This document shows positions 48,419 to 58,718 of a DNA stretch of 64,000 nucleotides, one piece after another. The notes under the pieces were generated by a model that was not told the origin of the DNA, searched no databases, and saw nothing but the letters and a program-made list of their open reading frames with translations. The DNA is taken from the NCBI GenBank assembly GCA_018715645.1, contig DVLE01000082.1, positions 38,391 to 102,390 of the forward strand, read 5' to 3'. Position numbers and translations under genes: made by a program. Every line of letters starts with the position of its first letter. Position 1 is the stretch's first letter. The DNA comes from Candidatus Merdisoma merdipullorum (lineage in GTDB: Bacteria; Bacillota; Clostridia; Lachnospirales; Lachnospiraceae).

Positions 48419-49210
48419 ATGGTAATCATTGATCAGGAACTGTGCGTTGGCTGCGGAGCCTGCGCGAAAGACTGTCCGGGACATGCGATTCGCATGGAGG
48501 AGGGAAAAGCGAAGGTCATTCGTCCCTGTATCCAGTGCGGTCACTGCGTGGCGGTCTGTCCGGTAAAGGCGGCGGCCATACCGGAGTACGATATGGCGGA
48601 CGTGGAGGAATACGATGAGGAGAGCTTTAAGATTTTACCGGAGAATTTCCTTCATGCGGTAAAATTCAGAAGAAGCATCCGGAATTTTCAGGAGAAGCCG
48701 TTAGAAAAGGAAAAGCTGGAGAGAATTCTGGACGCCGGCCGCTATACGGCGACAGCAAAGAACGCGCAGGCATGTACCTTCGTACTGGTACAGGAAAGAC
48801 TGGCGGAATTTAAAGCCTTGCTGTGGGAAGAACTGCCGTCTGTTCTGGAAGAACTGAAAGAGAGCGCGCCTGCCTACGCGAAGGCATTTACTGTTTTCTA
48901 TGAAAAATGGAAGAAGAATCAAGAGAATGACAACTTTTTCTTCAACTGCACGGCTTTTCTGATGATTGCCGCAGAGAATCCGCTGGATGGGGGACTGGCT
49001 GCCGCCAATATAGAGAATCAGGCTGTGGCCGAAGGCGGAGGAGCGCTTTACAGCGGCTATCTGGTGCGTGCGGTTTCCGCCAGCGCGAGACTTCGGGAAT
49101 GGCTGGGAACGGGGGACAAGCCTGTGGCCTGCTGTATGCTTCTCGGCTATCCGGCTGTTTCTTACAGGAGAACGGCTCCCCGCAAGAAAGCGGATATTAT
49201 CTGGAGATAA
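48419..49210 (+). CDS. Nitroreductase family protein with N-terminal 2x[4Fe-4S] ferredoxin
   Basis: CVGCGACAKDCP, CIQCGHCVAVCP, RRSIRNF, LLGYP. Confidence 0.9.
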   Translation: MVIIDQELCVGCGACAKDCPGHAIRMEEGKAKVIRPCIQCGHCVAVCPVKAAAIPEYDMADVEEYDEESFKILPENFLHAVKFRRSIRNFQEKPLEKEKLERILDAGRYTATAKNAQACTFVLVQERLAEFKALLWEELPSVLEELKESAPAYAKAFTVFYEKWKKNQENDNFFFNCTAFLMIAAENPLDGGLAAANIENQAVAEGGGALYSGYLVRAVSASARLREWLGTGDKPVACCMLLGYPAVSYRRTAPRKKADIIWR

Positions 49211-49229
49211 AAATTGCGAAAAAAGTTTA

Positions 49230-49410
49230 TTGCTATTTTTTTTATTTTGGAATATAATCGCTATAGATATAGAAAACACCGGACCGCGGGATAACTCCCG
49301 CGGTCCGGTTTAAGCTGGAAAGCTTCCTCTCCGCTCACGGCGGGAAGAAGCTGACACAAGACGACGAGTAATGTTTATCGTGTTATAAGATAAACACTAC
49401 TTTTTTCTTT
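49230..49410 (+). promoter_or_regulatory. Promoter plus structured leader/attenuator of ABC exporter operon
   Basis: TTGCTA-17 bp-TATAAT (49230-49258); hairpins 49278-49309, 49321-49352 and 49367-49401 plus T-run. Confidence 0.6.
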
Positions 49411-49435
49411 GCAGAAAAGGAGGAGTAAAAAGGAC

Positions 49436-51175
49436 ATGATTAAGGAACTGTTAAAGAGTGTCCGGGAATACAAAAAAGCATCCCTCATGACTCCCTTCTG
49501 GGTGGCTCTTGAGGTAGTGCTGGAATGTATCATCCCGTTCATTACGGCGCGGCTGGTCAATGAGATCAAGGCAGGCTGCAGCATGGCAGTGATTTTCCAG
49601 TACGGAGGGCTGCTTGTGGCTATGGCGCTTCTGTCTCTTTTATTCGGTACGCTGTCTGGTTTCAGCTGCGCGGAAGCTTCCTGCGGATTGGCAAAGAATC
49701 TCCGCAAGGATATGTTCTACAGCGTTCAGAAGTATTCGTTTGAGAATATCGATAAATTTCTGGTATCTTCTCTGGTAACCCGTATGACTACGGATGTAAC
49801 CAACGTACAGCTTGCTTATATGATGATTATCCGGGTGGCGGTCCGTGCTCCGCTGATGCTTATTTTCGCGTTTACCATGGCATTTATCATGGGAGGAAGG
49901 ATGGCCTGGATCTTCCTGCTGACCGTGCCGCTTCTGGGATTCGGCTTAAGTATGGTTATCCGGAAAACGGTGCCGCTGTTCCGCAAGGTATTTAAAAAGT
50001 ACGATAATCTGAACAGCTCCATTCAGGAAAATATCAAGGCAATGCGCGTCGTGAAATCCTTCGTGCGCGAGGATTATGAGGAAAAGAAGTTCGGCGCGGC
50101 AGCGGAGGATGTCTGCGCAGACTTTACAAGAGCGGAGCGGATTCTGGCCTTTAACGGACCGATGATGCAGTTCTGTATCTACGCGGTTATGGTATTTGTG
50201 CTTTCCTTTGGTTCGTACACCATCATTACCACGCACGGCGTTGCCCTGGATGTAGGACAGTTTTCCTCGCTTTTGACTTACAATTTCATGATGCTGAACA
50301 GCCTGATGATGCTTTCCATGGTATTTGTGATGATTACTATGGCGGGCGAGTCCGCGAAGCGTATCGTCGAGGTTCTCACCGAAAAGAGTACCCTGGATAA
50401 TCCGGAGAATCCGGTTTATGAGGTGGCGGACGGCTCCATTGTTTTCGACCATGTAAACTTTAAATATTCCAAAAAGGCTGAGCGGATGGCCCTGGCAAAC
50501 ATCAATCTGGAAATCAAGTCCGGCGAGACCATTGGAATTATCGGCGGTACAGGCTCCTCAAAGTCTTCTTTGATTCAGTTGATTTCCAGACTGTATGATG
50601 TGACGGAAGGCTCCGTGAAAGTGGGCGGCCGCGATGTGCGCGAGTACGATCTGGATACGCTGAGAAATCAGGTGGCGGTAGTGCTTCAGAAAAATATCCT
50701 GTTTTCCGGCACGATCAAGGATAATCTGCGCTGGGGAAATAAGGAGGCTACCGACGAGGAGATGATTGAGGCGTGTAAGATGGCCTGCGCGGATGAGTTT
50801 GTCTCCCAGTTCCCTGATGGCTATGACACCTGGATTGAGCAGGGCGGAGCGAACGTGTCCGGCGGACAGAAGCAGAGGCTCTGCATCGCCCGCGCCCTTC
50901 TGAAGCGTCCGAAGATCCTGATTCTGGATGATTCCACCAGCGCGGTAGATACCAAAACCGACGCGAGCATCCGGAAGGCTCTGCGGGAGTACATACCGGA
51001 GACCACAAAGATTATCATTGCTCAGAGAACGGCCTCCGTGGAGGATGCGGACCGCATTATCGTCATGGAAGGCGGTACCATCAACGATGTGGGAACACAT
51101 CAGGAGCTTCTGGAAAGAAACCCTATCTACAGTGAAATATATACGTCTCAGAATAAGGCAGGTGATAAGGAATGA
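49436..51175 (+). CDS. Heterodimeric ABC exporter subunit (degenerate site)
   Basis: TMD + NBD; GGTGSSKS, VSGGQKQR, LILDDSTS, IAQR. Confidence 0.92.
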   Translation: MIKELLKSVREYKKASLMTPFWVALEVVLECIIPFITARLVNEIKAGCSMAVIFQYGGLLVAMALLSLLFGTLSGFSCAEASCGLAKNLRKDMFYSVQKYSFENIDKFLVSSLVTRMTTDVTNVQLAYMMIIRVAVRAPLMLIFAFTMAFIMGGRMAWIFLLTVPLLGFGLSMVIRKTVPLFRKVFKKYDNLNSSIQENIKAMRVVKSFVREDYEEKKFGAAAEDVCADFTRAERILAFNGPMMQFCIYAVMVFVLSFGSYTIITTHGVALDVGQFSSLLTYNFMMLNSLMMLSMVFVMITMAGESAKRIVEVLTEKSTLDNPENPVYEVADGSIVFDHVNFKYSKKAERMALANINLEIKSGETIGIIGGTGSSKSSLIQLISRLYDVTEGSVKVGGRDVREYDLDTLRNQVAVVLQKNILFSGTIKDNLRWGNKEATDEEMIEACKMACADEFVSQFPDGYDTWIEQGGANVSGGQKQRLCIARALLKRPKILILDDSTSAVDTKTDASIRKALREYIPETTKIIIAQRTASVEDADRIIVMEGGTINDVGTHQELLERNPIYSEIYTSQNKAGDKE

Positions 51176-53067
51176 ACAAGAAAAGCAGCAGATCATCAAC
51201 AGTCCTGCGTCTTTTGAAGACGATAAGGGAATTTTATCCAGTCATGATGCCTGTGACAGTGGTGTGCATCATCTTCAGCGCGGTTGTAAGCTCTGTACCC
51301 GCGATTTTTATGCAGAATGTCATCGCGATTGTGGAGCAGACCTGGCAGAGCGGCGACTGGGCTTCCGTCGGCGGACAGATTCTCCGTCTGGTTTCCATTC
51401 TGGCCGTATTTTATGTGCTGTCTCTGACTTCATCTCTTGCGTTCAATCAGTTAATGGCGATCATGACGCAGGGAACCTTAAAGAAACTGCGTGTGAAGAT
51501 GTTCAACGGTATGCAGCGGCTTCCGGTCAAATATTTTGACACGAACAATCATGGCGACGTCATGAGTTATTACACAAATGACATCGATACGCTGCGCCAG
51601 ATGATTTCGCAGAGCTTTCCGCAGATTCTGACCTCCTCTATCATGGTGCTGACCGTATTCTGCATCATGCTTTACTACAGCATCTGGCTGGCGATTGTGA
51701 TTGTGATCGGAATGATCATCATGCTTCTTGCAGTACGTAAGATCGGCGGAGGCTCCGCCCGGTTCTTCTTCCGTCAGCAGATGGCTCTGGGTAAGGTAGA
51801 GGGCTTTGTAGAGGAAATCATGAACGGTGAGAAGGTAGTCAAGGTATTCTGTCATGAGAGAGAGACGGAGGCTGACTTTGACAAGCTGAACGAGGAGCTT
51901 TTCCAGGTGGCGAAGCAGGCGAACAGATATGCGAATATCCTTGGACCGGTTCTGAACAATATGGGAAACGCGCTGTATGTGCTGGTGGCGGTCGTGGGAG
52001 GTCTTCTGCTTCTGTTCCAGGCTCCCAACTTAAGTCTTTCAGGGCTTGGGATCAGCATCAGCATCGTGGTTCCCTTCCTGAATATGACAAAGCAGTTTTC
52101 AGGAAACATCTTCCAGGTGTCTAACCAGATCAACTCGGTCGTTATGGGTCTGGCAGGTGCAGAAAGAATCTTTACGCTCATGGATCAGCAGCCGGAAAGT
52201 GACGAGGGATATGTTACCCTGGTGAATGTCCGGGAGGAAGACGATGGAACGCTGACAGAATGCGAGGAGCGTACAGGAATCTGGGCCTGGAAGCATCCCC
52301 ACAAAGCGGACGGTACAGTTACCTACACAAGACTGCAGGGAGATGTGCGTCTCTTTGACGTGGATTTTGAGTATGAGCCGGATAAGCCTGTGCTACGCGA
52401 TATTTCTCTGTATGCGAAGCCGGGTCAGAAGGTGGCCTTCGTAGGAGCCACCGGAGCAGGAAAGACAACGATTACGAACCTGCTGAATCGCTTTTACGAT
52501 ATTGCGGACGGCAAGATCCGCTATGACGGCATCAATATCAACAAGATAAAGAAAGCGGACCTGCGCCATTCCATGGGAATCGTCCTTCAGGATGTAAATC
52601 TGTTTACGGGAACGGTTATGGAGAACATCCGCTATGGAAAGCTGGACGCTCCCGACGAGGAATGTATCGGGGCGGCGAGACTGGCGGGAGCGGATGACTT
52701 TATCCGCCGTCTGCCGGATGGATACCAGACCATGCTGACCGGGAACGGCGCGAACCTGTCCCAGGGACAGAGGCAGCTCCTTTCCATTGCCCGTGCGGCC
52801 GTGGCGGATCCGCCGGTTATGATTATGGACGAGGCGACAAGCTCCATTGACACGCGTACCGAAGCCATCGTGCAGAGAGGTATGGACGCGCTGATGGAGG
52901 GCAGGACCGTATTTGTCATCGCGCACCGTCTGTCTACGGTTAAGAATTCAGACGTAATCATTGTTCTGGATCACGGACGGATCATAGAGCGAGGCACCCA
53001 CGAGGAGCTTCTGGAGCAGAAAGGACAGTATTACCAGTTGTATACAGGAGCTTTTGAGCTGGAATAA
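51172..53067 (+). CDS. Heterodimeric ABC exporter subunit (consensus site)
   Basis: GATGAGKT, LSQGQRQ, IMDEATS, IAHRLST. Confidence 0.92.
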   Translation: MNKKSSRSSTVLRLLKTIREFYPVMMPVTVVCIIFSAVVSSVPAIFMQNVIAIVEQTWQSGDWASVGGQILRLVSILAVFYVLSLTSSLAFNQLMAIMTQGTLKKLRVKMFNGMQRLPVKYFDTNNHGDVMSYYTNDIDTLRQMISQSFPQILTSSIMVLTVFCIMLYYSIWLAIVIVIGMIIMLLAVRKIGGGSARFFFRQQMALGKVEGFVEEIMNGEKVVKVFCHERETEADFDKLNEELFQVAKQANRYANILGPVLNNMGNALYVLVAVVGGLLLLFQAPNLSLSGLGISISIVVPFLNMTKQFSGNIFQVSNQINSVVMGLAGAERIFTLMDQQPESDEGYVTLVNVREEDDGTLTECEERTGIWAWKHPHKADGTVTYTRLQGDVRLFDVDFEYEPDKPVLRDISLYAKPGQKVAFVGATGAGKTTITNLLNRFYDIADGKIRYDGININKIKKADLRHSMGIVLQDVNLFTGTVMENIRYGKLDAPDEECIGAARLAGADDFIRRLPDGYQTMLTGNGANLSQGQRQLLSIARAAVADPPVMIMDEATSSIDTRTEAIVQRGMDALMEGRTVFVIAHRLSTVKNSDVIIVLDHGRIIERGTHEELLEQKGQYYQLYTGAFELE

Positions 53068-53075
53068 GAGTTTAG

Positions 53076-53114
53076 AAAGAGCCGGAAGACTGAGCGTCAG
53101 TCTCCGGCTCTTTT
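53076..53114. terminator. Bidirectional terminator between ABC and MATE genes
   Basis: AAAGAGCCGGA-A-GACTGA / TCAGTC-TCCGGCTCTTT. Confidence 0.8.
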
Positions 53115-53126
53115 GTACGTTGAAAG

Positions 53127-54500
53127 TTAAGCTTTTCTCAATTCTGCCAGCGCCTTGCGGAAGGTGAAGAAGAAGGCGGTAGCTGTAAAGATAACGGCGA
53201 TCACATCTGCTACCGGCTCGGCCAGATAGACGGCAAAGGTCTTGTTGTCCGGCAGAAGCCTGGGCATCAGATAGATCAGCGGAAGCAGCAAAATGAATTT
53301 TCGCACAATGGCTGCCAGCGCGGACATGACCGCATTTCCCAGAGAGATGAAGGTCATCTGGCAGGCCATCTGGATCCCGAAGATGAAGAGGGCGGCCAGA
53401 TAAACCCGAAGGGCGGAAGCGGTAAATTCGATGAGCGCGGCGTCATTGGTAAAGAGTGAAGCGAAAAGCTCAGGGAAGAGCATGACGCCCAGCCAGAGCA
53501 GTATGGAATAGCACAGACTGCTCTTAAGAAGCAGGAAAAAGGCTCTTTTTACACGATCTGCATTGCGTGCGCCGTAATTATAGCTGACAATGGGCTGAGC
53601 GCCCTGGCCGAGTCCCTGCAGGGGAAGCATGGCGAACTGCATAACGCTGGAGAGGATGGTCATGGCGCCCACTGCGATGTCTCCGCCGTATCTCTGCAGT
53701 GATGAATTGAAGCACACGGAGATGACGCTCTCGCTGGCCTGCATGATAAAGGTAGACACGCCAAGAGCCAGGCAGGGAAGGATGATGCCAGGCTGAAGCC
53801 TTAGATTGCAGATGCGGATACGTAAGGTCGTCTTTTTTCCGACCAGGAACAGAAGCACCCAGGCACAGGACATGGCCTGAGAAATGATCGTCGCCAGAGC
53901 GGCGCCCTGTACGCCCATGCCGAAGCCAAAGATAAAAACAGGATCGAGAATGATATTGGCTACGGCTCCGATCAGTACGGAGAGCATTCCTGTTTTTGCA
54001 AAGCCCTGGGCCGTTATGAAAGCATTCATGCCGAGGGTGAGCTGTACGAAAATAGTGCCTATGGCGTAGATATTCATATAATCTACGGCATAGCCGATGG
54101 TATTTTCGCTGGCGCCAAAGGCCATCAGAAAGTCATGGTTCCAGATAAGGAGAACGGCGGTCAATACCACGGAGATCAGGATCTGAGTTACAAAGCAGTT
54201 GCCCAATGCGGACTCCGCGGTTTTGTAATCCCCTTTTCCCATGTAAATCGAGGCACGGGGCGCTCCGCCGTTGCTGATAAGAGCCGCGAAAGCGGAAACG
54301 ATCAGGATTAAGGGAAGGCAGACGCCCACGCCGGTGAGGGCTGTTGCGCCTACGTCAGGAATGTGGCCGATGTAGATCCGGTCCACGATGTTGTAAAGCA
54401 TGTTGATGAGCTGGGCGGTCACGGTAGGTAAAGCCAGACGCATCAGGAGGCGTCCCACCGGCTCGGTACCCAGAAAACTGTTGTCATTGCTGCTGTTCAT
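53127..54500 (-). CDS. MATE family efflux transporter (MepA-like)
   Basis: LALPTVTAQLINMLYNIVDRIYIG, NIILDPVFIF, GVQGAALAT, QPIVSYNYGA. Confidence 0.93.
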   Translation of the reverse strand: MNSSNDNSFLGTEPVGRLLMRLALPTVTAQLINMLYNIVDRIYIGHIPDVGATALTGVGVCLPLILIVSAFAALISNGGAPRASIYMGKGDYKTAESALGNCFVTQILISVVLTAVLLIWNHDFLMAFGASENTIGYAVDYMNIYAIGTIFVQLTLGMNAFITAQGFAKTGMLSVLIGAVANIILDPVFIFGFGMGVQGAALATIISQAMSCAWVLLFLVGKKTTLRIRICNLRLQPGIILPCLALGVSTFIMQASESVISVCFNSSLQRYGGDIAVGAMTILSSVMQFAMLPLQGLGQGAQPIVSYNYGARNADRVKRAFFLLLKSSLCYSILLWLGVMLFPELFASLFTNDAALIEFTASALRVYLAALFIFGIQMACQMTFISLGNAVMSALAAIVRKFILLLPLIYLMPRLLPDNKTFAVYLAEPVADVIAVIFTATAFFFTFRKALAELRKA

Positions 54501-54948
54501 TTGTGTTACACCTGCTTTCCAGTCCGTTCAGGACATTTTTTGTGATTTTTTCGGTGAGAGCTTCGTAAGCTTCTATTTCTGAAGCCGAAAGCCCTTCTGA
54601 GAGTTTTTGATAGAATCCGGCTTTTACTTTATCAATCTGCCAGACAATTTCTGAAGCATGTTCCGTAAGAGAAAGGTGAATGCGTCTTCGATCAACCGGA
54701 TCCGGAAAACGCTCCAGATACCCTTTCTGTATCAGAGCTTCTATGCCCTGAGATACATTTCCCTTCGACAGCATTCGATATTCCACAATGTCTCCGGCGG
54801 TGTCAAGACCGGGATTATTGTGCAGAAAGCTGACAATAGTGATCTCAATGCGGGAAAGGGAAAAATTTTTGCGGATTTCATCCATGTGCTGATCATAAAG
54901 CTTCTGCATTCTTCGATGGAGCAGAAGCACACCTTTTAACTGGCTCAT
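54484..54948 (-). CDS. MarR family regulator
   Basis: SKGNVSQGIEALIQKGYL..DPVDRRRIHLSLT. Confidence 0.9.
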   Translation of the reverse strand: MSQLKGVLLLHRRMQKLYDQHMDEIRKNFSLSRIEITIVSFLHNNPGLDTAGDIVEYRMLSKGNVSQGIEALIQKGYLERFPDPVDRRRIHLSLTEHASEIVWQIDKVKAGFYQKLSEGLSASEIEAYEALTEKITKNVLNGLESRCNTNEQQQ

Positions 54949-54961
54949 GCCTTCTCCTTTT

Positions 54962-55080
54962 GTTCTAATTAGAACGATTCTTTTTAGAACAATTATATCA
55001 CAAATAAGGGAACTGTCAATTCTTTTTCCGGGAGGATTGACAGGCAGAAGGATTGAGAATACAATGATTGCATATACAAC
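54962..55080. promoter_or_regulatory. Divergent promoters with MarR-type palindromes
   Basis: GTTCTAATTAGAAC palindrome (54962-54975) plus imperfect copy (54977-54990); - strand TTGACA-16-TATAAT; + strand TTGACA(55037)-17-TACAAT(55060); ATTGCATATACAAC dyad (55067-55080). Confidence 0.65.
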
Positions 55081-55096
55081 AGTTGGAGGTGCAACT

Positions 55097-56824
55097 ATGC
55101 TGATACGCCTGTTTTCCTATATGGGGAAATATAAGAAATATGCTGTATTTGCCATGCTCTGTATTACGGTAGAATCCATATTTGAACTTCTGGTTCCGCT
55201 GATTATGGCGGATGTGGTGGACGTAGGAGTGGCTTCGGGAGACACGGCTTATATCTATGCAAAGGGAGCGCAGATGGTAGTCTGCGCGGTTCTGGCTCTG
55301 ATTCTGGGAATGGGAAGCGCCAGATTCGCGGCTCTGGCCGGGCAGGGACTTGGAGCAGAGCTTCGCCGTGCAGAGTATGAAAGGCTCCAGCACTATTCCT
55401 TTTCCAATATCGATCATTTTCGGTCGTCTTCTCTGGTAACACGGCTTACGAGTGACGTAACGAATATTCAGAATGCGGTTTCCATGGGAATGCGGCCCTT
55501 TTGCCGCGGCCCGGTAATGCTGGTGGCGGCCACGGCGGTGGCCTTTTCCATCAATCATACGCTGGCCGTCGTCTTTTTTGTGGCTCTTCCATTGCTGGCG
55601 GCAGCTCTTTTCGTGATTACCATGAAAGTAAGGCCCTTGTATTCCAGAATGCAGGGAGCAGTCGATACGGTCAATCGTATCGTTCAGGAAAACCTTACGG
55701 CTATCCGTGTGGTGAAGGCTTTTGTCAGGGAGGACTACGAGATCGCCAAATTTGAGGAGGGCAACAAGAACCTGCGCACCCAGTCGGAGACGGCCTTCCG
55801 TCTGGCGTCCCTCAATATGCCGGCCATGCAGTTCGTCATGTACGGTACGATTCTGGGAATCCTGCTTTTCGGAGGGGAGCTGATTCAGACAGGAAATATG
55901 CAGGTAGGAGAGCTGACAGGCTTTCTCAGCTATGTGCTTCAGATTCTAAATTCCCTGATGATGATTTCCAACGTCTTTCTGATGCTTACCCGGTCGGTGG
56001 CTTCCGGCGTCCGCATTATGGAGGTAATCGATGAGAAGATCGATATTACGGACGGGCAGGCAAAGGACATCGAGGTAGAGCAGGGCGATATTTCCTTTGA
56101 ACACGTCTGGTTTAAGTATAAGAAAGAAGCAAAGGAGTATGTGCTTTCGGACGTAAATCTGCAGATCCGGGCAGGGCAGACCGTGGGGATCATCGGTCAG
56201 ACAGGCGCCGCGAAATCCACACTGGTCCAGTTGATTCCCCGTCTTTATGAGGTGGAAAAGGGCGTGGTGAAGGTGGACGGCGTTCCCGTTCAGGAGTATC
56301 CGATGGAGCGTCTGCGCGACGCGATTGCCATGGTGCTGCAGAAGAACACCCTGTTTTCCGGAAGCCTCCTTTCCAATCTGAAGTGGGGCAGGGAGGATGC
56401 CTCCATGGAGGAAGTGGAGGAAGTCTGCCGGATCGCCTGCGTGGATGAATTTCTCGACCGGCTGCCGGAAGGCTATGAGACGGAGATGGGACAGGGAGGC
56501 GTCAATGTATCGGGCGGCCAGAAGCAGAGAATCTGTATTGCCAGAGCTCTCTTAAAGAAGCCGAAGGTCCTGATTCTCGACGATTCCACAAGCGCCGTGG
56601 ATACGGCTACGGAGCGCAGGATTCGGGAGCGGATGCAGGAGTATCTGCCCTTCATGACAAAGATCGTTATCGCCCAGAGAATTTCCTCCGTGCGAAACGC
56701 GGATCAGATCGTGATCCTCGACGACGGGAAGATCAACGACATAGGAACCCATGAGGAACTGCTGGCGCGCAATGAGATCTACCAGCAGATTTATGAATCT
56801 CAGAAGGAAGGAGTGGAGCTGTAA
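55097..56824 (+). CDS. Heterodimeric ABC exporter subunit (degenerate site)
   Basis: GQTGAAKS, VSGGQKQR, LILDDSTS, IAQR; ATG 55097 after GGAGG. Confidence 0.92.
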   Translation: MLIRLFSYMGKYKKYAVFAMLCITVESIFELLVPLIMADVVDVGVASGDTAYIYAKGAQMVVCAVLALILGMGSARFAALAGQGLGAELRRAEYERLQHYSFSNIDHFRSSSLVTRLTSDVTNIQNAVSMGMRPFCRGPVMLVAATAVAFSINHTLAVVFFVALPLLAAALFVITMKVRPLYSRMQGAVDTVNRIVQENLTAIRVVKAFVREDYEIAKFEEGNKNLRTQSETAFRLASLNMPAMQFVMYGTILGILLFGGELIQTGNMQVGELTGFLSYVLQILNSLMMISNVFLMLTRSVASGVRIMEVIDEKIDITDGQAKDIEVEQGDISFEHVWFKYKKEAKEYVLSDVNLQIRAGQTVGIIGQTGAAKSTLVQLIPRLYEVEKGVVKVDGVPVQEYPMERLRDAIAMVLQKNTLFSGSLLSNLKWGREDASMEEVEEVCRIACVDEFLDRLPEGYETEMGQGGVNVSGGQKQRICIARALLKKPKVLILDDSTSAVDTATERRIRERMQEYLPFMTKIVIAQRISSVRNADQIVILDDGKINDIGTHEELLARNEIYQQIYESQKEGVEL

Positions 56825-58689
56825 TGGCGCAGTATAAATATACGGGATACAAAAAGCCGAAAAATACAAAGAAGACGCTTTTTCACCTTCTGCGCTATCT
56901 GGGACATCACAAATGGATGTTCCTGCTGGTAGGGATTCTTGTATTCATCAGCGCGGGGGCGAACCTTTTGGGAACCTATTTTCTGAAGCCGGTCATCAAC
57001 CGCTTTATCCTGCCGGGCGATATGAGCGGACTGGCGGAGGCCGTCGCAGGCATGGGCCTTATGTATCTGTGCGGAGCACTTGCCACGCTGGGATACAATC
57101 AGCTGATGATCAAGTCGGCTCAGACAGTGGTGCAGGAGATTCGGCGAGATCTGTTTGTGCATGTACAGAAGCTTCCGCTGAAATATTTTGACGCTCATAC
57201 CCATGGCGAGCTGATGAGCCGTTTTACCAATGATGTGGATACGGTCCAGGAAGCCATGAACAACAGTTTCGCGATGATCATCCAGAACTTCCTGATGCTG
57301 GCCGGTACCGTGATCATGATGACGGTCTTAAGCGTGCGTCTTTCTCTGATCGTCATCGTCTTTCTCGCTGTCATGTTTGTCTTTATCCGTTTTAATGGGA
57401 GCCGGAGCCGCAAATATTTCCAGAGGCAGCAGGCGGAGCTTGGACGCATCGGCGGCTTTGTGGAGGAGATGATGGCGGGACAGAAGGTGGAAAAAGTATT
57501 CAATCATGAGAAAAAGGATTTTGAAAACTTCTGTGTGCTGAATGAAAGCTTTCGCAAAGAGTCTACGAGCGCCCTGACTTATACAGGAATGCAGGTGCCG
57601 ACCATCGTGAGTCTTTCCTACCTTAATTACGCGGTTTCAGCCTGTGTGGGCGGCCTGTTTGCCCTGGCCGGTCTTCTGGACATCGGAGGTCTTGCCTCTT
57701 ACCTGGTCTATGTCCGCCAGAGCGCCCTGCCGCTGAATCAGTTTACCCAGCAGGTAAATCTTCTGATGACAGCCCTGGCCGGAGCGGAGCGTATCTTTGA
57801 ACTCATGGAGACGGAAGCCGAACCCGACGAGGGGGTTGTAACGCTCTGCCATGTAAAAGAAGAAAATGGAGAGATTACGGAGACAGCCGAGCGTACGGAA
57901 CAGTTTGCCTGGAAAGTGCCGGAGGGTGAAAGCGCGGAGACGAAGCTGGTGCCGCTTCGGGGCGACGTTCGTTTTGAACGGGTAGTCTTTGGGTATGTGC
58001 CGGAAAAAAAGGTACTGAACGGCATTTCGCTCTACGCGAAGCCCGGTCAGAAGATTGCCTTTGTGGGTTCCACGGGGGCTGGAAAGACTACGATTATCAA
58101 TCTTGTGAACCGTTTTTACGAGATACAGGCGGGGGCTATCACCTACGATGGGATCGACATTCGCAGAATCAGAAAGGACGATCTGAGACATTCGCTGGCA
58201 ATGGTCATTCAGGAAACCCATCTGTTTACCGGGACCATCGCAGACAATATCCGCTATGGAAAGCTGGACGCCACGGACGAGGAGGTGCGGGAGGCCGCCC
58301 GCATCGCCAATGCGGATTCCTTCATCCGCAGACTTCCCGATGGCTATGATACGATGCTGCATAGCGATGGAAGCAATCTGTCCCAGGGGCAGCGCCAGCT
58401 TCTGGCCATCGCCAGGGCGGCTGTGGCCCGGCCCCCGGTGCTGATTCTTGACGAAGCGACCAGCTCTGTGGACACCCGCACCGAACGGCTGATTGAAAAG
58501 GGAATGGATGCGATTATGGAGGGGCGCACGGTGTTTGTGATCGCTCATCGGCTGTCCACGGTCCGCAACTCCAAAGCTATCATGGTTCTGGAACACGGCG
58601 AGATTATAGAACGCGGCGATCACGAAGATCTGCTTGCGCAGAAAGGACGCTATTACCAGTTGTATACCGGACAGTTTGAATTGGAGTAG
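56824..58689 (+). CDS. Heterodimeric ABC exporter subunit (consensus site)
   Basis: GSTGAGKT, LSQGQRQ, ILDEATS, IAHRLST. Confidence 0.92.
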   Translation: MAQYKYTGYKKPKNTKKTLFHLLRYLGHHKWMFLLVGILVFISAGANLLGTYFLKPVINRFILPGDMSGLAEAVAGMGLMYLCGALATLGYNQLMIKSAQTVVQEIRRDLFVHVQKLPLKYFDAHTHGELMSRFTNDVDTVQEAMNNSFAMIIQNFLMLAGTVIMMTVLSVRLSLIVIVFLAVMFVFIRFNGSRSRKYFQRQQAELGRIGGFVEEMMAGQKVEKVFNHEKKDFENFCVLNESFRKESTSALTYTGMQVPTIVSLSYLNYAVSACVGGLFALAGLLDIGGLASYLVYVRQSALPLNQFTQQVNLLMTALAGAERIFELMETEAEPDEGVVTLCHVKEENGEITETAERTEQFAWKVPEGESAETKLVPLRGDVRFERVVFGYVPEKKVLNGISLYAKPGQKIAFVGSTGAGKTTIINLVNRFYEIQAGAITYDGIDIRRIRKDDLRHSLAMVIQETHLFTGTIADNIRYGKLDATDEEVREAARIANADSFIRRLPDGYDTMLHSDGSNLSQGQRQLLAIARAAVARPPVLILDEATSSVDTRTERLIEKGMDAIMEGRTVFVIAHRLSTVRNSKAIMVLEHGEIIERGDHEDLLAQKGRYYQLYTGQFELE

Positions 58690-58718
58690 GGCGACATGGA
58701 AGGAAAGCAGGTGGAAGA

